This document shows positions 46,900 to 55,380 of a stretch of DNA of 64,000 nt, piece after piece. This DNA comes from an uncultured Candidatus Saccharibacteria bacterium. GTDB taxonomy: Bacteria > Patescibacteriota > Minisyncoccia > Phycocordibacterales > PALSA-1337. The position numbers and the translations under genes were made by a program. The first letter of the stretch is position 1. The number at the start of each line of letters is the position of its first letter. The DNA is taken from positions 17,091-81,090 of the forward strand of contig CAZLCD010000001.1 in NCBI GenBank assembly GCA_964558375.1. Reading direction: 5' to 3'. The notes under the pieces were generated by a model, which was given only the letters and a program-made list of their open reading frames with translations, was not told the DNA's origin and did not search any database.

Positions 46900-47633
46900 A
46901 ATTTTGTAAGTTTGGGCGGTTTAGGAATGACTGGGGTGAGGTAGTTTGGAGGAAAAGATATGATTTCTTCTTCGTTGAAAACAAATGCACTTACCGCAGG
47001 CTGATTGCTCAGCCTAGCATTATTGGCTTCGGACAGACCAAGTAAGTAAAATATTTTTTCACGAGGTTGAAAAAGTCTTCTTGCCCTCATCGTTTGCTGT
47101 TGCGTACGACAAGGGATGTCGAGTATTTGTGGTCCATTCGCAAGGTTGCGAGCAAAGAACAGGACGGGGCTCCCTACTTCGATGGTTTGCAAGTATCCGT
47201 CCGTTGTTGATGTGGTGCCAATCTTGGTCGGATACCAAGTAATTGGGAACATTCTGGAAGCTGGAAATGAATTTGTGCTTCCATGAACTCCCCCAGTGAC
47301 TCCAACAACGTGAACTTCATCGTAGCCTATTGGCTCGTATGATTCTGGACCAACTTGTCGATAATACTCGATAACCATATCGGCGAAGTTGAATGGGAGA
47401 TGATGATATACTGTGCGAGTAATGATCAGCACCTCTGCATCCAACTGATATTGAATACGACTAACATCTTTCCAGGATTTGAATCCCGGAACAACAGATA
47501 CGTTTTGACGTACAGTCAGAGAATATGAACAGTTGGTTGGACTTAGTCCAACCATTTGTGCATTGCCGCACAACGTTGACATAACCAAAACCAACCACAC
47601 CAACACCGATGACAGAAGATTTCTTGTCTTCAT
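46896..47633 (-). CDS. hypothetical secreted protein
   Basis: Signal peptide MKTRNLLSSVLVWLVLVMSTLCGNA; start inferred. Confidence 0.7.
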   Translation of the reverse strand: MKTRNLLSSVLVWLVLVMSTLCGNAQMVGLSPTNCSYSLTVRQNVSVVPGFKSWKDVSRIQYQLDAEVLIITRTVYHHLPFNFADMVIEYYRQVGPESYEPIGYDEVHVVGVTGGVHGSTNSFPASRMFPITWYPTKIGTTSTTDGYLQTIEVGSPVLFFARNLANGPQILDIPCRTQQQTMRARRLFQPREKIFYLLGLSEANNARLSNQPAVSAFVFNEEEIISFPPNYLTPVIPKPPKLTKL

Positions 47634-47885
47634 AAGTTTTTGGGACTTGTTTGTTGAGGTTTCAATGAGCATCCAAGTGTACAATCGTAACCGGATGAGA
47701 GCATGGGGCGTGGTGACACGTCACATATATCCACCTAAACCTTACTGCTTAATAGAATTTTGTCAACTATTGACATTTTCTACTTTAAGCGTACTATTTT
47801 GCCCAGCAAGGAATTGATTTTAGAGCGTCTGAAACCGTTAGGTTTCCTCGAAAAATCAAGCTCTTTGAAAGCGAAAGGCATTAAA

Positions 47886-49232
47886 GTGAAAACATTAAGT
47901 CTTAGTTTCATTGCGTTATGGATGGTTCTGTCCACGATGGTAAGTCAGGCTCAAGTGAACCTGACAATCTCAAAAACCGATAATTCTGTCGAAGTAAGGT
48001 GGCCAACAATTATTGGCGGAACCTATAACCTCTGGTCGTCATCAAACATGACATCATGGTCATCACAAACAATCACAGCGACTGGTTCAGCAATATCAGT
48101 TCGTAGCGAAGTTGCAAATCGTTTGCAGATGTACAGAAGAGTCTCACGTTTAGCCTCGCCAAACGGAGGGTTCCTAAATCTTAAGAATGGACAGGTTCTC
48201 TCAAACACGGTGGCCTTACAAATCTCCGGATTCACCACCGATTCGTCTCAGGTCGGTTACATTGCCCTGCTTGATATCGTTGGATCAATAACCAATCAGA
48301 TTGGAAGGATTGATCTTGGTAATATTACAAATCGACAGTTTGTGGTCGACACCAGATACTTAGCTATTGGAGCTCATAAATTTGGGCTCCAGCTAATCAG
48401 CCTTACTGGTTCAGAAACCGGAGATGGATCATCTATCACCTACAGCGATCCAATCGATGTTGTAGTGAGCAATCCGATTTCTTTAACACAGAACGAAATC
48501 ACGCATATTCCTTATGGGAAAAACTATGTCATATGTGAGGATGCTGGATATTTCGAAAATTCAATTCGTACAAACATTGAGAATGTTCTAATCGAGGGTT
48601 TAGTAGGTTTTCAACAACTTGGACCACATAGAGACCTGCGTACAGGAATCTGGAATGATAATCCTTGGAGTTGGAATATTATGAAAACACCGGATGATTG
48701 GACTAATCTCAACTTATTCCAAATGGGTGGACACTACGGTATCAGCCCAACGCATGCAATCTTCTTTGGTCGTGGTGACCAAAGTGGATATTATGGGGAT
48801 AGAAATGATCCTATATCCCAATTCAGCACAAAAACCCTTCAGGGTTTAAGTCTGTCAAATAGATTGACGTTTGGTCTATTCATTGGTCATGAACCACGGG
48901 CTCTCATTCATCTCTTGGGAGAGACACGTAAAAGAACCTTGCAGGAGTTGAGGAATCAAGGATTGTTCCCTCGATATTTTGCTTATCTCCGAGGCCCTCA
49001 CGATCAGGATCGTGAAAATGGAGACATCTCAGAAGATGAGGAGATCTTCTGGACACGATTCATAAATAGAATCGGCCGACTCAACGCTCTAGGGTTTTCT
49101 GAATATACTTATGCTCAGGCAAGGGTGTACGCCAGTTTCAGGGATGATGGAACCCACAATCCAGTATCCGATAGGTTTGACTGGATGGGTTGCGAGGACC
49201 TTCGCCTCGATGAAATTGTTTTGGAGCGTTAA
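47886..49232 (+). CDS. hypothetical secreted protein with Ig-like domains
   Basis: GTG start after GAAAGG; signal peptide ending SQA; LTISK..VEVRW...YNLWSSSNMTSW module. Confidence 0.7.
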   Translation: MKTLSLSFIALWMVLSTMVSQAQVNLTISKTDNSVEVRWPTIIGGTYNLWSSSNMTSWSSQTITATGSAISVRSEVANRLQMYRRVSRLASPNGGFLNLKNGQVLSNTVALQISGFTTDSSQVGYIALLDIVGSITNQIGRIDLGNITNRQFVVDTRYLAIGAHKFGLQLISLTGSETGDGSSITYSDPIDVVVSNPISLTQNEITHIPYGKNYVICEDAGYFENSIRTNIENVLIEGLVGFQQLGPHRDLRTGIWNDNPWSWNIMKTPDDWTNLNLFQMGGHYGISPTHAIFFGRGDQSGYYGDRNDPISQFSTKTLQGLSLSNRLTFGLFIGHEPRALIHLLGETRKRTLQELRNQGLFPRYFAYLRGPHDQDRENGDISEDEEIFWTRFINRIGRLNALGFSEYTYAQARVYASFRDDGTHNPVSDRFDWMGCEDLRLDEIVLER

Positions 49233-49331
49233 GCAGTTAGACATACTTCCCCGGCAGCGATGCTGGGGAATGTTTTTTATACAAACAAAAACCCGGTCGT
49301 CTGCAACAAGTGCAAACGCCGGGGGTGAAAA

Positions 49332-49700
49332 CTAACGGTAGTGCTGGTAGTACCTCCTCCTTTCTGGATCATAGGACTCATGCGTCCTATTCCAGGTTCT
49401 CCTCTCCATATCAATCCTGGGTCCGTAGTACGGATCCCAAGATTTATCGACTCGGGTATCCGTTCCTTGATCGTGATCGTATCTGTACGATCCGTCCCAT
49501 GATTGAACATGAACAGATCTCCTCCGTGGACCTTGAGGGAAAATTTCATCCACCTCAGTCTGTCCCATTGGGGCAAGGTTCCATTCTTGACCCCTCACTG
49601 GTCGTGAGTACGTAGTACCATTGTGGTTGTTCCAGCTTATGCAGCCGGAAGTCATAACCGCCACCAACATGCCAAAGAACAAAACAAACTTATTTTTCAT
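49332..49700 (-). CDS. putative lipoprotein
   Basis: Lipobox TSGC after a hydrophobic stretch; GAAAGG upstream. Confidence 0.7.
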   Translation of the reverse strand: MKNKFVLFFGMLVAVMTSGCISWNNHNGTTYSRPVRGQEWNLAPMGQTEVDEIFPQGPRRRSVHVQSWDGSYRYDHDQGTDTRVDKSWDPYYGPRIDMERRTWNRTHESYDPERRRYYQHYR

Positions 49701-49822
49701 AACTACGCTTACCTTTCTGGTTAAAATTTCCTAACGTTTACTGACACCCTAACAGTATATCACAAAACAAGGTAAAGTCAATACCCTCCAAATTTAGCTT
49801 ATGAGATATAATAAAACCCATA

Positions 49823-51493
49823 ATGATCCAATTTGACGAAGACAAGCAAAACAGAAAAATCGACGAACTTCTAAAGCGCGAAGAGGAGGAACTCGTCCAA
49901 CTCCTTTCTGCAAAATACAGCATCGAATACGTAGACCTTTCCATCACCCTCATCAACACCGACGCCATGCGACTTATCGAGGAAAAGAAAGCCAGAGAAG
50001 CAAAGATGGTTGCCTTTTCACTTGTAGACAAAAAGCTCAAGATCGCCGTACGACTACCAGATGATGTGAAGACTCAAGAGATAATCAACGAATTGAAAGC
50101 TAAGGGATATATAGTCACCATAGCCATCACCTCAATGGCAAGTCTGGAGCGTGCATGGAAATCTTACAAAGACCTTTCTTTTGCTTATGAGACCAAGTCT
50201 GGTTCACTTGATGTAAATAGTGACGAAATATCTGCAGTCATAGATCAAGCCCAAGGATTACCGACAATCATTTCTATACTTGAAGAAATTTTATCAATGA
50301 AAAAAAGCTATCGAGTATCAAGAATACTAGAAACAATAATCGCTGGTGCCCTAGCGACAGGAGCATCCGATGTACACATTGAGCCAGAGGAAGAATACAT
50401 TGGTCTGCGATACAGACTCGATGGAGTGCTGGTGCATGTAATTAATTTTGACAAAGACACCTATGCCCTACTGCTGTCTCGTATCAAACTTCTTTCTGGA
50501 CTAAAATTAAATATAAAAAAAGATTCTCAAGATGGAAGATTTAGCGTACACATCAAAGATTCAGATATAGAAATCCGTACATCCATACTACCCGGTGCAT
50601 ACAATGAATCCATCGTAATGCGTATATTGAACCCCAAGTCCATCGGCGTGCCACTCGAGGAGCTTGGCATACCACCGAAACTTTTAACAATGATTCTAAA
50701 AGAAATAGAAAAGCCAAATGGTATGTTGTTAACTACAGGACCTACAGGTTCAGGAAAAACCACAACTCTTTATGCTTTTTTAAAGAAAGTTCATAACCCT
50801 ACAGTCAAGATCATCACAATCGAAGATCCTATCGAATACCATCTGCCAGGAATAGTCCAGACACAGACCAATGACAAAGGCTATACATTCTTAGATGGAC
50901 TACGATCTGCACTAAGACAAGATCCAGACATTATCATGGTTGGTGAGATCCGAGACGGGGAGACAGCAGCTATCGCCATCAACTCCGCGCTTACAGGTCA
51001 CCTTGTTTTCTCTACCCTTCATACAAACAGCGCCGCAGGAGCCTTCCCTCGCCTCATCGACCTAGGAATCAATTCGAAGATTATGAGCTCTGCTATAAAT
51101 ATAGTGCTAGCCCAACGTCTTGTTCGTAAACTTTGTGAACATTGCAAAAAACCCGTCGCTATAGAAGGAAATATTAAGACGCAGATAGACAATGTTATTT
51201 CTACGATTTTTGATAAAAGTGAAATACCAGCAATGCCTGCAAATATCTTTACAACAGGTGCCTGTGAAAAGTGCAATCAGACAGGATACAAAGGCAGAAT
51301 CGGTATCTATGAAGGTATGAGGATAACCCCAGAGGTCAATAGTATTATAGAAATGAATCCAAGTGAAGAAGAACTAGAGAAAGCTTCCGCTCCACAATCA
51401 ATACTTACCTTAAAACAAGATGGCGTGATAAAAATCTTGCAAGGAATCACATCTTTTGAAGAACTTGAGAGAGTAATCACTATTGAGAATTAA
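49823..51493 (+). CDS. GspE/PilB family type IV pilus ATPase
   Basis: ASDVHIEP, GPTGSGKTTT, TIEDPIEY, LRQDPD and GHLVFSTLH motifs; CxxC pair. Confidence 0.96.
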   Translation: MIQFDEDKQNRKIDELLKREEEELVQLLSAKYSIEYVDLSITLINTDAMRLIEEKKAREAKMVAFSLVDKKLKIAVRLPDDVKTQEIINELKAKGYIVTIAITSMASLERAWKSYKDLSFAYETKSGSLDVNSDEISAVIDQAQGLPTIISILEEILSMKKSYRVSRILETIIAGALATGASDVHIEPEEEYIGLRYRLDGVLVHVINFDKDTYALLLSRIKLLSGLKLNIKKDSQDGRFSVHIKDSDIEIRTSILPGAYNESIVMRILNPKSIGVPLEELGIPPKLLTMILKEIEKPNGMLLTTGPTGSGKTTTLYAFLKKVHNPTVKIITIEDPIEYHLPGIVQTQTNDKGYTFLDGLRSALRQDPDIIMVGEIRDGETAAIAINSALTGHLVFSTLHTNSAAGAFPRLIDLGINSKIMSSAINIVLAQRLVRKLCEHCKKPVAIEGNIKTQIDNVISTIFDKSEIPAMPANIFTTGACEKCNQTGYKGRIGIYEGMRITPEVNSIIEMNPSEEELEKASAPQSILTLKQDGVIKILQGITSFEELERVITIEN

Positions 51494-51550
51494 CAAGATA
51501 GCCTTGTCAATTGAATTTTGAAAAAATGAGGAGTAAGATTGATGGTAGAC

Positions 51551-51726
51551 AATCAGGTGCGTGAATCTCTAAACAATACTTTCAATGCGATCACCAAAAG
51601 TTAAACGTAGCCTCAAGGATAGTCCCAGTAGGTATGCACAAGTGCATACAACCAGAGCGTCCTCAAAACTACATCAGATGACTTGAACAAACAAGCCATA
51701 TTGTTTAGAGATTTATGAACCCGATT
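51551..51726 (+). ncRNA. 6S RNA-like rod-shaped RNA
   Basis: 176-nt self-complementary rod with a central bubble; upstream promoter TTGAAT-17-TAAGAT (51511-51539). Confidence 0.7.
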
Positions 51727-51792
51727 AAGATGTTACAATGTAAATATACGGTTAATATTGATTCATATAAAGACTAGCATAAGATATTAAAT

Positions 51793-52785
51793 ATGTCAAG
51801 TGATAATAAAGATACGGCTATAGAAACAAGTCATCTGGACCAGACCTTGCGACCATCGCGCTGGGCTGATTATATTGGTCAAAAGTCCATAAAAGACAAT
51901 CTTCATATACTACTTACAGCAGCACAGGAGAGAAAACATCCACCTGAGCATATACTTTTTTATGGTCCACCAGGACTCGGCAAAACAACCCTTGCACATC
52001 TTATTGCAAAAGAGAGCGGAACGCAAATGAAAGTGACATCAGGACCAGCAATACTTAAGGTTGGTGACCTTGCCTCTATCCTTACCAACCTCTCTCATGG
52101 AGACATACTTTTTATAGACGAAATACACCGCTTGAACAAAGCCATAGAAGAAGTTCTCTATCCAGCTATGGAAAGTGGGGTGCTAGATATCATTATCGGC
52201 AAAGGTCCTTCAGCAAGAACCATACAATTAGAGATCCCTTCTTTTACCCTTATCGCTGCTACCACACGTATAGCCATGATCTCTTCCCCACTGCGGTCAC
52301 GTTTCTCTGGGGGTGTCTTCAAACTTGAATTTTATACAGAAAAAGAGATTGGTGAAATTATAAAACGCTCTTCAAAGATACTGGGCATAGATATACACGA
52401 CAAAGCTATCGAGGCCATATCTTCTCGCAGTCGCTTTACCCCAAGAACAGCAAACTACTTTTTAAAGAGATGTCGCGACTATGCCCAAATAGAAAAAACT
52501 CTCCTATCTCAAGATATAGTAGAGAAAGCCTTAAAGATGTTAGGTATTGACCATCTTGGTCTCAACAATGCAGATAGAGATATTTTGAAAGTAATGATAG
52601 AAAAATTTGGCGGAGGTCCCGTAGGTCTCAATACCATAGCTGCTGCCCTTTCGGAAGAGCAAGCTACTATCGAAGAGGTTTATGAACCCTACCTCATACA
52701 GCTCGGCTTACTTGAAAGAACACCTAGAGGAAGAATGGTGACAGAGAAAGCTTACGGGCATTTAAATATAAAAAACCGCCCTTAG
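51793..52785 (+). CDS. ruvB: Holliday junction branch migration helicase RuvB
   Basis: LRP, GPPGLGKTTLA, FIDEIHRL and YEPYLIQ..RTPRGR motifs. Confidence 0.98.
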   Translation: MSSDNKDTAIETSHLDQTLRPSRWADYIGQKSIKDNLHILLTAAQERKHPPEHILFYGPPGLGKTTLAHLIAKESGTQMKVTSGPAILKVGDLASILTNLSHGDILFIDEIHRLNKAIEEVLYPAMESGVLDIIIGKGPSARTIQLEIPSFTLIAATTRIAMISSPLRSRFSGGVFKLEFYTEKEIGEIIKRSSKILGIDIHDKAIEAISSRSRFTPRTANYFLKRCRDYAQIEKTLLSQDIVEKALKMLGIDHLGLNNADRDILKVMIEKFGGGPVGLNTIAAALSEEQATIEEVYEPYLIQLGLLERTPRGRMVTEKAYGHLNIKNRP

Positions 52786-52795
52786 GGCGGTTTTT
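52771..52795. terminator. bidirectional intrinsic terminator
   Basis: AAAAACCGCCC-TTA-GGGCGGTTTTT. Confidence 0.85.
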
Positions 52796-52797
52796 GT

Positions 52798-52995
52798 TTA
52801 CTCTTCCCACTTATCCTTAAAAGGATCGACTTCTTCATCGTCTAGAGCAGAAATTTCATCTTCATCCTCTTCTTCAAGCGGTTCACCAACGATCAAGTCT
52901 GGATCAAGCACCTTCTCTTCATCATCCAAGATAACTTCTTTCATTTCAGAAACAGTATCCTCTTTCTTTACATCTTCTTTTTTAATCTTTGGCAT
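52798..52995 (-). CDS. small acidic protein
   Basis: 65 aa, D/E-rich, ends in DPFKDKWEE. Confidence 0.7.
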   Translation of the reverse strand: MPKIKKEDVKKEDTVSEMKEVILDDEEKVLDPDLIVGEPLEEEDEDEISALDDEEVDPFKDKWEE

Positions 52996-53070
52996 TTTTT
53001 TAATTTAAATTTACTTTTATCTTTTAGATTTCATATTTGTAACAAAACTACAAATATTTTGCAACCATAT

Positions 53071-53559
53071 TTAGTTGTGGATAACGTTTTTTTGAGTTTT
53101 TGTATGAGCTTCACAGGTTATCGCTACAGCTATTGCGTCGTATTCATCATCTAACATCTTTCTTTTATCAAATTTAATTTTAAGTAAGAGAGGAATCATT
53201 TTTATAATCTGACTTTTATCACTACCTCCATGACCAGTAACAGCTACCTTTATCTGAGGTGGGCTGTATTCATGTATTGGGATATCTCTAAGGCTCGCTT
53301 CGTAAGCTATGACACCTCGCGCTTCGGCTACCTTCATGGCTGTTTTTTGATTCTTAGTTATGAAGAGCGATTCTATGGACATAACTTCCGGAGAAAATTC
53401 TTCTATGACCGCCCTTACTCTTTGCCCAACCTCTTTTAATCTTTTGTGAAAATCATCTTTAGGAGAAGTCGAAAAACATTCGGAGTGAATCAAGATCCCA
53501 TCATGGATTATTGCAATCCCTACCCTATCGTATCCGGGATCTATACCGATTATTCTCAT
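53071..53559 (-). CDS. ruvC: crossover junction endodeoxyribonuclease RuvC
   Basis: GIDPG, IESLF, EARGV and DDEYDAIAVA motifs. Confidence 0.96.
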   Translation of the reverse strand: MRIIGIDPGYDRVGIAIIHDGILIHSECFSTSPKDDFHKRLKEVGQRVRAVIEEFSPEVMSIESLFITKNQKTAMKVAEARGVIAYEASLRDIPIHEYSPPQIKVAVTGHGGSDKSQIIKMIPLLLKIKFDKRKMLDDEYDAIAVAITCEAHTKTQKNVIHN

Positions 53560-53572
53560 AGATAATTAATAG

Positions 53573-54103
53573 TTATTCGGCATTAGTGTAAACATCTTGA
53601 ACTTCGTCATTTTCTTCGAGGGCTTCTACCAAAGTCTGCAGAAGTGATATGTCCGCGTCTTCAAGTGGCATAGTCATATTTGGAACCACTCCTTCTGCAC
53701 TTTTTGTAAATGCCCAAGAGGCACTTCCAGGCGAAGCAAGCTCTGAGCCGTGTTTGGCAAGAATAGCCTTTATCTCTTGAGCAGCCTTGTTGCGATTGTC
53801 GGTAAGAGCTTCGATGAGTATAGCGACTCCGCCTGGACCGTAGGATTCGTAAGTGATGTGTTCCATCTGAGCACTGTTGTCTGTCGTCGCCTTTTTTATC
53901 GCTCGATCGATAGTATCGTTTGGCATATTTTCTTTCTTTGCTTTTTCTATAGCCAAGGCCAGTCCTGGGGACTTCATATTGCCACCAGCTTTCTTTGCTT
54001 CTACAGAGATAAAGCGCACAAGCTTTCCAAAAACTTTACTTTTCTGTCCATCATTCTTAGCCTTCTGATGCTTGATCTTTGAAAATTTATTATGTCCGGC
54101 CAT
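53573..54103 (-). CDS. YebC/PmpR family protein (short form)
   Basis: MAGHNKFSKIKHQK, YESYGPGG and DVYTN motifs. Confidence 0.95.
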   Translation of the reverse strand: MAGHNKFSKIKHQKAKNDGQKSKVFGKLVRFISVEAKKAGGNMKSPGLALAIEKAKKENMPNDTIDRAIKKATTDNSAQMEHITYESYGPGGVAILIEALTDNRNKAAQEIKAILAKHGSELASPGSASWAFTKSAEGVVPNMTMPLEDADISLLQTLVEALEENDEVQDVYTNAE

Positions 54104-54122
54104 GGTTTTATTTTTTAAAGTT

Positions 54123-55340
54123 TTAATTGACCACCATCTTCACGAACCTCTTCTTCCCTATCCTCAAAGTCACACTATCTGAAGCTTTGAGAAAAATATC
54201 GGAGATGATTTCATCTGTACCAACAACAGATACAGCATTACCTTCTACAAGACGCTTCCAGTCTGCATTTGAGCTCACCACTTCTGCCTTTACCAAAGCA
54301 TCACGAACACTTGATCCACGCGCTATTTGTATTTCCATAATATCGTCTGGCACTTCACCTTTTGAAAAAGTTTTTTCGAAAGCTTGTTCAGCTTTTTGTG
54401 CTGCTTCACTTCCATGAATCATATTTATAATTTCTTTGGCTAATTTTATTTTAAATTCTTTTGGATTTGTACCAGATTCTATAGATTTTTTAATTGAGTC
54501 AATTTCTTCAAGGGAAATATCAGTAATAATTTCAAACCCTGGGATAATTAGATTATCAGCCCAGCTCATCACTTTTCCAAATATCTCTTCTGCACTCTGG
54601 TCTAAGCTAACCATATTACCTTCTGTTTTGCCCATTTTCTTACCAGAAGAATCTATGAGAAGCTTGCTTGCTATCACAAATTTTTCTTTTTCCTTCATCT
54701 TCTTCATAAGATCGCGGCCCATAAGCATATTGAAGGTCTGATCATTACCCCCCACCTCGCCATCTACATCCATAGCTACAGAATCATAGCCTTGCATCAA
54801 AGGATACATAAGTTCATGCAAGAAAAGATCTTTGCCTTCTTCTATTCTCTTCTGAAACATGTCGCGCTTGATAGTCTGAGCATGACTTACTTGAGACATC
54901 AATTTTAAAATATCTTCTAGAGTCATCTTGGCCAACCATTCGGAGTTGTATCTCAAGGTCGCCGGATTGTCTCCATCGAACGATATAAAGCGTGAAGCTT
55001 GCTCTTTATATAACCTGCAATTTTCTAAAACTTTTTCATGCGTTAATGGCACGCGAGCAGACATCTTGTCTGTAGGATCGCCGATCATTGCTGTAAAGTC
55101 TCCTATGAGGAGGATAATCTTATGACCAAGCTTTTGGAGTTGTGCTAATTTTTTTAAAGGAATTAAGTGCCCAAGATGCAAGGTCGGCCCAGTCGGATCG
55201 ATACCAAGATAGAAAGAAAGTTTCTCCCCCTTCATCATTTTGCTTTTCAAAAAGTCTTTGTTGGGGAAAATAGCTTCGACGCCTCGAGACAAAACTTCAT
55301 CGATCACTACTTCTTCTGAATTTTTTTTATCAGTTATCAT
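54123..55340 (-). CDS. tyrS: tyrosine--tRNA ligase
   Basis: GIDPTGPTLHLGH, YPLMQGYD, GGNDQ and KMGKT motifs; S4-like tail. Confidence 0.97.
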   Translation of the reverse strand: MITDKKNSEEVVIDEVLSRGVEAIFPNKDFLKSKMMKGEKLSFYLGIDPTGPTLHLGHLIPLKKLAQLQKLGHKIILLIGDFTAMIGDPTDKMSARVPLTHEKVLENCRLYKEQASRFISFDGDNPATLRYNSEWLAKMTLEDILKLMSQVSHAQTIKRDMFQKRIEEGKDLFLHELMYPLMQGYDSVAMDVDGEVGGNDQTFNMLMGRDLMKKMKEKEKFVIASKLLIDSSGKKMGKTEGNMVSLDQSAEEIFGKVMSWADNLIIPGFEIITDISLEEIDSIKKSIESGTNPKEFKIKLAKEIINMIHGSEAAQKAEQAFEKTFSKGEVPDDIMEIQIARGSSVRDALVKAEVVSSNADWKRLVEGNAVSVVGTDEIISDIFLKASDSVTLRIGKKRFVKMVVN

Positions 55341-55380
55341 AATTCTATGTAATATAGCATAAATATGCTAAAATCTCGAA

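Noticed and set aside
53076-53084. Perfect DnaA box at the ruvC 3' end (also TTATACACA near 34138)
   Set aside because: Isolated 9-mers are expected by chance in AT-rich DNA, and there is no unwinding element.
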